Assembly (NCBI RefSeq): GCF_006345805.1 | Contig: NC_043010.1 | Coordinates: 1,426,001 to 1,490,000 of the forward strand | Length of the DNA stretch: 64,000 bases | Source: Octopus sinensis | Taxonomy: Eukaryota | Direction: 5' to 3' | Shown here: positions 25,602 to 36,890 of the stretch, piece by piece | Position numbering within the stretch: the stretch's first letter is position 1 | Layout of the letters: each line of letters opens with the position of its first letter | Notes under the pieces: model-generated | What the model saw: the letters and a program-made list of their open reading frames with translations, nothing else | The model's database searches: none | Told to the model about the DNA's origin: nothing | Position numbers and translations under genes: made by a program

Positions 25602-26441
25602 GTGTATGTAGATATAATTATATATACGAACGTATATAATATACAAACATAATACAAACGTACACACATAATGCGAACATACATACACATAGACTTTCAT
25701 ACCAACGTACATACATACATACAAATATTTTTCTTTATTATTATACTTATTATTATGTTTGTTATTCTTTTTAAAAACTTATCAGCGAATGAGACAAAGC
25801 ATATCTGTCGTTAGTCCGACAAGCTGGCAACTTACCGTTTTCTTACATTAAATTAAGCTTGCATTGGTTATTTCTACACACTCCCGACGGAATTGTCTCC
25901 TGCATTCCGAGATAATAGCTTCCACATCCACACCAAAAACAAACTGCTTCAACTTATTCGGAATTCTGATATCGTTTGTTTATTCGTTTGTTTGCGTTTC
26001 ATTTTATTTAGTGCTTTTCATTTTTATTTTAGCTATTTATTTATTTTTCTTCTCTGATATGGTTTTGGCATACTCATGGGAAATTTAGTATTCATTGTCT
26101 GGAAGGACCGTTGTTGTTGTTGCTGTTGTTCTTAATAATCGTTGTTTTCTGTCATTCGTTGGAATTTTGCTAAAGAGGGTTGAAGACGTTAGACTGGCCA
26201 ATTTCATCTTGTGAATAACTTCATTTAATTGTTCGGTCGATTTCACCTTTTACTGGTTGTTTTTACTTTTTAATGCAGCTTTTACATTATTAATTGCGCA
26301 TTTTATTTTTTATTATGGTCGGTTTAATTTTTCAGTGGTTGATGTTACTTTTTAATAAATGCTTTTTACGTTACGAGGTCGCTCTTGTCTAACAAACGAC
26401 TTGATCTAAAACCGTATGTTGAAACTGAAGCAATTACATAC

Positions 26442-26462
26442 CGGAAGAGACAATTCAGCCAT
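26442..26462 (-). CDS. Candidate short first coding exon (MAELSLP) overlapping YY1-like and ETS-like motifs
   Basis: CAAA ATG GCT GAA TTG TCT CTT CCG|GTATGT; CAAAATGGCT is YY1-like and ACCGGAAG (+) is ETS-like. Confidence 0.2.
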
Positions 26463-27145
26463 TTTGAAAGCACACAAAACTATTGAATTTACTTTTAAGT
26501 CATGAGCTGGCAAAATCTTTGTCGCACAGCTGCGACCTGATCACTGATTCAACGGAAAATATAAGCGATAAATTGTTGATTTTAATTTTTCTATGAGCGA
26601 TTTTTTAATGGTAGGTTGTAGTTTGATAAGTGAAATTACTTGATTGAAGTCACTTTTACGTTTTGGAAGTAAATTTTATTCCTTTATTCTTTTACTTGTT
26701 TCAGTCATTTGACTGCGGCCATAATGGAGCATTGCCTTAAAGGGTTTTAGTCGGAGCACTCGACCCCAGGATTTATTCTATCGGTCCCTTTGTCGAACTG
26801 CTAAATAAATGTATTTAATAATATTTATTCCACTGGAGCTGCTTTTTATTTCAATTTTCTCTTAGGTATGCAATTTCCGGACATACCAGCTTATGATTAT
26901 ACAAGCCATGAGCATATAAGTCATGGACTGGCTAGGTGATTCGTCTTCAACCCCAGGAGGGTACGTGATGCTGACAAGCCACAAATACGGCGAAGCATCG
27001 ATGTCCATCACTCCCAAATGGGATTGAGGGTGAGTTATCTCGCCTGTCCATAACGTGTTTTAATGTCGGCAATAATGAGAGTTTATATACTCCGATGCAG
27101 TCTCCGGAAAATACAGAACGCATATACATTAGTATACGTATTTAA

Positions 27146-27177
<32 letters not shown>

Positions 27178-27190
27178 TACTAATAATAAT

Positions 27191-27236
<46 letters not shown>

Positions 27237-27636
27237 ACACACACGAACGCGCACGCACACACACACGCACACGCACACACAAATACAAAGGAGCCTTAAA
27301 CTCTCAAAAGTGAATTTCAAAACCAAATATTTTAGGTGTGAAAAGTATTCATAATTTTGAAATTTATCTCCATTGCTTTACGAAACTAAATAGTAAAATA
27401 AAACAATTGAGACGTTTTGGATGTAGCATTCATTAAGAATCCTAATAAGGCATTGGAATGGTGACGTGTATGAAAGATGTTGTGACGTATAAAGCGATTC
27501 TAGAAATGCGCCCCCCAAACAAACTAGTTGTGAGAGTTTTCTAGCACAACTGATTTATTTGAATATATCTCTGATCTGGCTTAATCCCACGTTTGCCAAT
27601 GTCGGCCCTGAACTAGAATATCTATGGTCAAAAACG

Positions 27637-28022
27637 TGGAGGCGCAATGGCCCAGTGGTTAGGGCAGCGGACTCGCGGTCATAGGATCGCGGTTTCGATT
27701 CCCAGACCGGGCGTTGTGAGTGTTTATTGAGCGAAAATACCTAAAGCTCCACGAAGCTCCGGCAGGGGATGGTGGTGATCCCTGCTGTACTCTTTCACCA
27801 CAACTTTCTCTCACTCTTACTTCATGTTTCTGTTGTACCTGTATTTGAAAGGGCCGGCCTTGTCACTCTCTGTGTCACGCTGAATATCCCCGAGAACTAC
27901 GTTAAGGGTACACGTGTCTGTGGAGTGCTCAGCCACTTACTCGTTAATTTCACGAGCAGGCTGTTCCGTTGATTCGGATCAACCGGAACCCTCGTCGTCG
28001 TAACCGACGGAGTGCTTCCATC
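27637..28022 (+). mobile_element. tRNA(Arg-like)-headed SINE family C, apparently full length
   Basis: GGAGGCGCAATGGCCCAGTGGTTAGGGCAGCGGACTCGCGGTCATAGGATCGCGGTTTCGATTCCC head with A and B boxes; about 385 bp. Confidence 0.8.
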
Positions 28023-28421
28023 CATGGTCAAAAGCATTTCAGATTTTGTGTATTTAGGGATACGTTATCCAATATGCTCTTACGTTTCATTTGACGGTAG
28101 GGTGGGATTTGAAGTAGTTAAGAAACGCACTTTGCAAATACGGGCTATACCTTGGTCAAGTTTTTTTTTCTGCTTTAGTTCCGGACTACCAATTGGTAGA
28201 GGAGAAACTGTGAGGAAGCTCACCACCTTAAAACCTTTTTAATTTTGATTTGCTTCTGACTGATCTAAGAATCAACAATGAAGAGACATTAAGAAAAATT
28301 TACAACGCATAGATCTATACTTGTGGTATGGTAAATATGATTCTCGGAATACCGTCAGAATGAAAGGTTGTCTCTCAGTAAGTGCATTAGCATCCCAGTG
28401 CTGCAATATGTGTTGTGTAAA

Positions 28422-28792
28422 GGCGGCGAGCTGGCAGAAACGTTAGCACGCCGGGCGAAATGCTTAGTGTTATTTCCTCTGCCGCTACGTTCTGAGTTCA
28501 TATTCCGCCGAGGTCGACTTTGCCTTTCATCCTTTCGGGGTCGATAAATTAAGTACCAGTTTCGCACTGGGGTCGATATAATCGACTTAATCCGTTTGTC
28601 TGTCCTTGTTTGTCCTCTCTGTGTTTAGCCCCTTGTGGGTAGTAAAGAAATAGGTATTTCGTCTGTCTTTACGTTCTGAGTTTAAATTCCGCCGAGATCG
28701 ACTTTGCCTTTCATTCTTTCGGGGTCGATAAATTTATCGACTGGCCTCCTCACCCAAAATTTCGGGCCTTGTGCCTAGAGTAGAAAAGAATA
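28422..28792 (+). mobile_element. SINE family A, dimeric, with 15-bp target-site duplication
   Basis: AATATGTGTTGTGTA at 28405-28419 and 28789-28803. Confidence 0.92.
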
Positions 28793-28917
28793 TGTGTTGT
28801 GTAGTTAGTATATTTTGTACAGTTGAAATAATCCAGGGCATTGAAAAAAATAACTTATAATCGATAAAGTAATACTACTCAGAGCAGACAGCATAACAAA
28901 TGATGCAAAATATATTA

Positions 28918-28989
28918 GACAGAATACTGTAGTGGATGTGTGCTAGGCCCATAACCCAAAGGTCAGTAGATCGAAACTGCATTCTGAAA
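28918..28989 (+). pseudogene. Initiator tRNA-Met pseudogene (anticodon CAT)
   Basis: GACAGAA TA CTGT AGTGGAT GTGT G CTAGG CC CAT AA CCCAA AGGTC AGTAG ATCGAAA CTGCA TTCTGAA A is colinear with eukaryotic tRNAi-Met; diagnostic ATCGAAA T-loop; several stems mispaired. Confidence 0.85.
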
Positions 28990-29029
28990 AGAAATGGGTA
29001 GTATTTCTAATATTTATTCGTACAAAGGT

Positions 29030-29170
29030 GGTGAACAGGTGTGATCGTTAGCACGCCAGGAAGAATACTTAGCAGCATTTCGTCCGTCTTTACGTTCTGA
29101 GTTCAAATTCCGATGTAGTCGACTTACACACTCTCCCCAAAATGCTAGCCTTGTGTCAAAATTTGAAATC
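29030..29170 (+). mobile_element. Degenerate SINE family A
   Basis: CGTTAGCACGCCAGG...GTTCTGAGTTCAAATTCC. Confidence 0.75.
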
Positions 29171-30124
29171 AATGTTTACTCGTATGCATCTCAACTGAGT
29201 TGTCTACAAATATATCAACCATATACATGTAAGTATACCCAATAGGGTTGATACAAATTATATTGTGCAATAGAAATTTATACAAGGTCGTTTCCAAATT
29301 TTATATCAATAAGGGGAAAGTAAGTATACTTAGAATTCCAGAATTGAAACTGAATCAAAAGGAAAACTAAACTGAAATAGGTGTCAACTCTGGAATCATG
29401 CGTTAAAATATTGAAATTTTTCTACGAAATCAAAACAAATTTCAGTATCGAACGACAAATTAGAACCTTTAAAAGAAAGACAAATCGATTAAGTCTGACA
29501 CTTTGGAAATCAATAAAATATGGCTTGCACAGAATAATTTATGAATTGGGCTATGTTAGGGGAGTGTGAGGAGGGGGAAAAACAAATAGCATGATGCAAA
29601 ATTGAAGAAAAACGCCGAGATAACCCAGATATGATATGATGAGAAAACGGGGAAGATGTGGCATGACGGGAAAATTGGAAACTGTGGCATGATGGGAAAT
29701 TCAATGAGTTATGGTATCTTCAGTAAGCTGAGTAATTTGATGAAATGACAAATGAGTTGATGCTTGGTGGACTCAGTTGAGTCCTGTTTTGCATATTGAT
29801 GAGGTGTTGCATGACTGGGGAATTTGAAAGCTGTTGCATAATGGAGAAATAAATGGCAGTGACCGAGATCGCATTTAGGTGCTCATGGATCGAGTCTGAA
29901 CTGAATAATTGTTGAACTCTGCATTCCTTTATGTCTCTCATGGGCCTATGGAGCTCCTGGGATCCGGTGTTATAACCTCTGTAATACCTACATTACGATG
30001 GCAATGGCTCTTGCTTGCTGGGGAAATCTATGCGGCGGAATGTTGGATACAAAACATTGTCGAGTTGTAGCATTTCGATTATTCGATCAGTTGAGGTATC
30101 GTGTGTTAGACAATGAAGTGTAGT

Positions 30125-30340
30125 GGCTTTCATCTTTTAATTGTTTCAGTTATTGGACTGCGCCCATCCTGGGGCACCACATTGAAGAGTATAGTCTAAT
30201 AAACAAACCTCAGTACATATTCTTAAACCTGGCTTTTATTTTCTTGTCTCTTTTTACCGAACCACTTAGTTACGGGGAAGTAAGCAAACCAACACCGGTT
30301 GGTCAAGCGGTGGTGGGAGACAAATACGACACACATACAT
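30125..30340 (-). mobile_element. SINE family B, 3' half
   Basis: Reverse complement of family B tail. Confidence 0.75.
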
Positions 30341-30389
30341 GCAGATACACACACATATACACACAAGCATACATACATGCATAAATACA

Positions 30390-30443
<54 letters not shown>

Positions 30444-30445
30444 AC

Positions 30446-30539
<94 letters not shown>

Positions 30540-30641
30540 TACATCATATATTTATAATTTAAACAATTTGACCTAAAGTTTACGGCCTCTAGCAGAAGAA
30601 ACTTTAAGTCGCATAAAGCCGAATCAAACTGTTTTAAATAA

Positions 30642-30810
30642 TAGGCGCAAGAGCGCCTGTGTGATAAGTAGCTTGCATACCACAACATGATTCCAGGTTC
30701 AGTCCCACTGCGTGGCATCTTGGGCAAGTGTCTTCTGCTATAGCCTCGGGCCGACCAAAGCCTTGTGAGTGGATTTGGTAGACGGAAACTGAAGGAAGCC
30801 TATCGCATAT
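30642..30810 (+). mobile_element. SINE family B, 5' half
   Basis: GGTTCAGTCCCACTGCGTGGCATCTTGGGCAAGTGTCTTC. Confidence 0.85.
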
Positions 30811-30832
30811 ATATATATATATATAATATATA

Positions 30833-30874
<42 letters not shown>

Positions 30875-31019
30875 AATATAATATTTTCTACTCTATGCAC
30901 AAGGCCCGAAATTTAGATCAAGCCAAGTACGCAACTGGTACTTAATTTATCGACGCTGAAAGGATGAAAGGCAAAGTCGACCTCGGCGGAATTTGAACTC
31001 GTAATGTCAGACGAAATAC

Positions 31020-31390
31020 CAGACTTGTTTCTTCGCATTCGCCGCCACAATATTGTTTAAGCTTAGCATTCCTTCCTGTTTGTCTTCCCTGTCCTGTTTT
31101 TGTCACCAATCTTGACCTTCCACAAAATCGCAAATTTTATTTAATTTGCTTTGTGGGAGCAACTGTTTTATCGAAGGTGTGTCTTGTCGTGATATGCTCG
31201 AAATATGGATTAGAAAAACAGCCGACAACTGACGAAAGGTCGTTCTTTGTGTTGCTTGTCTTGTTTTCCATTTGTTTCTTTCGTTGCTTGCAAAAAAAGT
31301 CCTTATTCCATGTCCTCGTACTTCGTATTTTTGGTTGTTTATGTTTTGTGACGTCCTGTGCCTACATATGCATATGTATATACGTATACC
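31020..31390 (+). mobile_element. PLE pLTR family 2 with permuted HHR at 31178-31245
   Basis: High similarity to 10660-11030. Confidence 0.75.
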
Positions 31391-31489
31391 TGTAAGTATG
31401 TAAAGGTGAGAATTTACAATCCCCCCCAAAAAAACAAAGGACGAAGACGGATGTGTAAACAGCAAACAGATGTATTAGTTTAACGAAAC

Positions 31490-32030
31490 TGGAGACGGGT
31501 GATGGCAGGGCGGTTGCGGGGGGAGAGAGCAGATGCACGGTCCACGAAATGTGTTCTGGCAAGACGGGTGTGGATAGTGGTGAGCGGATATCTACGCAGC
31601 CAACGTAGCCAACGAACAGGTTCGCATAGTTGAGGCCCATTGTCGTTCCCATGGCCACTCCCGAAACTATTGGAAAAAATTACCCGCGAACGATAAGCAG
31701 TTAAGTGAGAGGACAAGTTCGGTCAGACAAAGGAGCGTGGATGTGTCAGGTTGGGGTTGGGTTGAAGGTCAAGCAAATGTTGGAGTGCACGCAGATCCTC
31801 GTGGTGAGGGATCACTGTGTATAGACTCTTGATGTCAAGAGTGAAGAGAAGTTTAGAGGGACCAGGAGGGAAGGAGAAAGAGTTGGACAAACGAAGAGCA
31901 TGGTTGGTATCATGGATGTGAGAGGGGAGGGAAGCCACTAGGGGAGCAAGGACATAGTCAAGGTATCTGGAGACGAGTTCGGTGGGGCAGTTGCAGGCGG
32001 AGACGATGGAGCGGCCAGGGTTGTTAGGTT
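31490..32030 (-). mobile_element. Penelope-like reverse transcriptase fragment
   Basis: PGRSIVSACNCPTELVSRYLD, LPSHIHDTNHAL, FTLDIKSLYTVIPH, GVAMGTTMGLNYANLFVGYV. Confidence 0.95.
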
Positions 32031-32228
32031 TGGCGATTTTTTTCCTCTGTCTTCCCTTCTCGGGATCTTTCCCTCTCCTATGTTTCTGACGAAGAGCTCC
32101 GCTCGAAACGTTAAACCCTCCTTCTTTCCTTCTTTCCTGAGCGTCCAATAATACTTTATTTGTTCCACGTCATCGCGTTGTTGTGTTTTTTTTTTGTTTT
32201 TTTTTTGTTTTCTTGTTTGGATTAACTA
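32030..32228 (+). mobile_element. PLE pLTR family 1, inverted relative to RT, with minimal HHR at 32082-32116
   Basis: GTTT CTGACGA A GAGC-TCC-GCTC GAAA CGT T AAAC; fused directly to the RT fragment. Confidence 0.9.
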
Positions 32229-33209
32229 TATATATGTATATATATATATGTGTGTGTGCGTGTGTGTGTATATAGATATATGTATGTATGTATGTTTGTA
32301 TGCACAAACATACATATACATGTGTGTGCGTGTATATATATGTATATGTATGTACGTATGTATGTATTTAAGTATGTATGAGCGGGGATGTGGAAATACT
32401 TGGGCTGGTGTTGTCCAGGCGCGCTGTTGGCCCACCGGGAGTTGGAGGTCCCTCTGTTGTTGTTACAATATTCTCTCTAGGAGAGGGATACACCGAGAGA
32501 AAACCTGTAACAATATTCGATGATGTAGACTAGTTCTTATTTTCGAGTTTGTATTGTCCATGTTCAGAGAATGGGTTTGAATTTGTGCATATACTTTCAC
32601 CACTATAAAAAAATCGCTATGCACAAGCATCGTTTTGAAAAAAGTAAGACCTATTACAAAAATGGCTGGTCGTAGCTTTCGCATGTGTGAGACTTTCGAT
32701 CAGGCGATGGCAATACTCAAACACGAGGTTGCAGCCATCATTTGTGTATGAGAGGCTTCTTTCAGATTCCGTCTACCAAATTCGGTCACAAGGCTTCGGT
32801 TGGTTCGGTGCCCAAGATGACATGCAGTGGGACTCAGTCCGAAATCATGTCGTCGGGGAGCCAGAATTCATAGCAGACAACCATGCCTGCGCCAATGTGG
32901 TATGTTTAAAAAAAAAAAGAAACAAAAAATCGAATTGTGGTTATACAAAGAAAATCAATGAGGAGAGGCTGCTGGGAAAATCTCTGAACTGATGAGGAAA
33001 ATAATGACTGGCGCCATATTGGAGAAGTCGATACGCTGTTGTGTATTGGATGAAACGCCAATAAAATAAATACAACATAATAAAATAAACATAATATCAT
33101 AATAATAATAAATATTGGGTTTTTTAAGTATGGAAGAAGGTAACCACATATTTTAGAAGAGGAGTAGTTAGATTAGTTAAACCGACCGATTTTATTTATC
33201 TTGTATCTT

Positions 33210-33630
33210 TTCTATATCTAAAAGTCATTGGGTTGCGGCCATGCTGAGGCACCATCTTGAAGGGTTTTAGTCGAACAAATCAACTCAAGGACCTCTTATT
33301 ATTTTTTTTAAGGTCTGGTACTTGTTCTATTGATTTCTTTTGCCAAACCTTTGTTATGAGGACGTAGACAAACAAATATCGGTTTGACAAAGCGGTAGTG
33401 GTCATAAGTGACAAAGACAGACGCTAGGCCACACGCGCGCGCGCACACACACACACACACAAACACATACACAATACACACAGAGAGGCACGATGAACTT
33501 CCACGCGGTTTCCATCTACTGAATTCATTTACAAGACGTTAGTCAGTTTGGGGCTGTAGAAGAAAAGAATTTTGTGCAAAGAAACGCACATTCGCAAGAA
33601 ACCCCAAACCACGTCGTTTCAAAACGAACG
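33210..33630 (-). mobile_element. Degenerate SINE family B
   Basis: GTTGCGGCCATGCTG...TTTCCATCTACTGAATTCATTTACAAG matches the reverse complement of family B. Confidence 0.7.
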
Positions 33631-34289
33631 TAGTTGCAGTATTTTGTCCGACGGTGCCGATATCCCACTTTCAACTTACCTGTAATAAAGTAATAAAAAT
33701 GAATTACATAAAAATCATGTTATGCGGGTATTTTAAAAATACTTCTCGGAGTAACGACTGTGTCCTGTATAGTTATGGGTTGCCCCTTAGCAAGACCTGT
33801 TCAGCCACCCTGCAAGAGATATGGTAAAGTCATGGGACTGCGGGATGGCAGGTTGTGGAGAGGTAGCAGAAGAGGTCAACTAAGTTAACGGTGCTTCTTA
33901 CATTGAGGAATCGAAGATGATCAACAGGCAGGATCACCAAGTTCTATCAAGTGACTGCAATGCATCCATGGGGGTGGCATCCATGGTTGTGCAATCAGCT
34001 AATGAAAGATTCACTGTGATTCAAGTTCCTGATTCAAATTCGTAATAATGCTCTTGGATGGCGCCAGAGAGTCATGGGAATTCGCAAAAAAACAGCGAAA
34101 TATAAACATTATATCATAGTAAAAACATAGCATTTTTGAGATCGAATCCTGCTGGGAGGGAATTTTGCATCTTTTATCTCCTGGAACGATAAAATACTTG
34201 GAGAGCTAAAATCACGCAAATCGATTACTCCTTCACTTCAAAATATTTGGTCTTCTACCAATATTAGACATAAATATTATTTCTACTAC

Positions 34290-34510
34290 AGACACAAAGG
34301 CCTGGAATTTTGAGGAGAGGAGTTAGTATATTAAACCGACTCTACAACTCAATTACATAGACCCCAGTACTCAACTGGTACTGATTTTATAGAGCCCGAA
34401 AAGATGAAAAGCAAAGCCGACCTCGACAGAATTTGAACTCAGAACGGAAAGATGGACAAAACGTCGCTAAGTATTTTCCCGGCGTGCTAACAATTCTGCC
34501 AGTTCACCGC
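34290..34510 (-). mobile_element. SINE family A
   Basis: GATGAAAAGCAAAGCCGACCTCGACAGAATTTGAACTCAGAAC. Confidence 0.8.
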
Positions 34511-35016
34511 TTTCGAAGAAATTGCTATTGGTATACTTCGTTATATCTTTTTATATTCATCTATAATTATTATCTTTTCAATAATTAATAATTCATCTTG
34601 CATAGTAATTAACTAAATCAATATCTAAAAAGAGGGATGATAGGAGAGATTGATAAACATACATTCCTTTTATTGGCAGCCATTTTTTTTTCTAAAGGAT
34701 TAATAAATAAGCTATTATACTCGTGAGATGGGTGTAAGAGTAGATCAACGATATCGCTGCCTTCCGATATTGCTGTCAATACCTTTTGGAGAAAAGTACC
34801 AGAAAGAATATATCGTAAATTTAATGTAGAAAATATTAAATGTTTCGTATAAAATTTTCTTTCACCCAACTCCTTGCACATATTTCTCCATGAGGTATTG
34901 ATAGCTACTTCGGAAGTCCACCGATTAACAATTACACCTGTCCTACGAATATAATAGTTTACTTATTTATCTTTTGTAAATAAAAAAAAATCGTTTTCCA
35001 TAATAGGAAAGTACAA

Positions 35017-35225
35017 ATGCAGCGAACTTGCCGAATCGTTAGCACACTGGGCAAAATGCTTAGCGGCATCTCGCCCGTCTTTACTTTGTGAGTTCAATTT
35101 CCGCCGATGTTGACTTTGCCTTTCATTCTGATCGGAGTCGATAAAATAAGTACCAGGGATCGATGTGATAGACTTGCCCCTCCTCCGAATTAGCTGGTCT
35201 TGTGCCAAAATTTGATATCGACAAT
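35017..35225 (+). mobile_element. SINE family A
   Basis: Head, B-box, core and GCCAAAATTTGA tail. Confidence 0.8.
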
Positions 35226-35280
35226 AGGAAAGTACATTGATAAATTTCAAAAAACGAAAGGCATAAAGACTCAACATGAG

Positions 35281-35406
<126 letters not shown>

Positions 35407-35437
35407 GATATATATATATATATATATATCTATATAT

Positions 35438-35472
<35 letters not shown>

Positions 35473-35869
35473 AAACACACTAGCTTACGCAGGCGATTGG
35501 GTTGCTAGAGTGTATGATAGAATGTCTCATAATATGTTATGCTCTCTGAGGTCTGAGATCAAATCTTTATTAGCATGTCCTTTCGGAGTCGATGAAAAAA
35601 AATTATCAATTTAGCGTGGTGGATTGGCGGAATTGTGAGGATGTCGGACTGAATGCCTTGCGAAATCATCACAGCTCTTTGAGTTCTGAATCTAAATATC
35701 ATCATGGTTCATTTGGATGGTAGCGTGGGTACTTTTCTCCTATCTCGCAACCAGGCTCTATAAGGCAGTGCTTTCCTACCTAGCTGAGAGATAAGCAAAG
35801 CTAAAGATATGAAAGTGAATGAAAGCCGTGAACATAAACTGTAACATAAAATACGAAAATATACTTCAG

Positions 35870-36325
35870 TGTGAACCATAAGCATAAACTGAACACAAAC
35901 CATATACACAGACTGAACATAAGCCATTAATAACATATCTTCTACATATGCCATAGACATATATTCAACATAAACTATAAGCATACTTTCCACATAAATC
36001 ATAAACATGGATTCGAAATAAACCATAAACAAAATGAACCTAAGTCATAGATATATATATATATATATATATATTCAACTTAAAGCATAAGCATATATTT
36101 AGAAATACACGATAACCATAAACTGAACATAAAGCATAGGTTAAAGTAATAAACATGTCAACCATAAATATACATTCGACATCGACCATAAACATAAATT
36201 CGACGTAGCCATAAACGTATATTGGACATCGACCATGAACATGCATTCCACGTATATTATAAACATAAATTTTACATAACCATAAACATATAGTCAACAC
36301 AAACCATAAACACATGTTCAGCAAA
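35870..36325. repeat. Degenerate minisatellite, roughly 20-24 bp units anchored on CCATAAAC
   Basis: Many recurrences of (A/G)CCATAAAC(A/G)T at near-regular spacing. Confidence 0.8.
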
Positions 36326-36339
36326 CCTTAAACAAACCT

Positions 36340-36890
<551 letters not shown>

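Noticed and set aside
27637-27715. tRNA-Arg gene
   Set aside because: The acceptor stem does not close and it continues into a SINE body.
29560-30110. Possible degraded retroelement coding sequence
   Set aside because: Composition is retroelement-like but no unambiguous motif could be read.
33627-33679. Possible second exon (GKLKVGYRHRRTKYCNY) in phase with the 39346 donor
   Set aside because: TACAG|GTAAGT could be donor or acceptor, the frame runs into a decayed SINE head, and such hexamers are common by chance in 64 kb.
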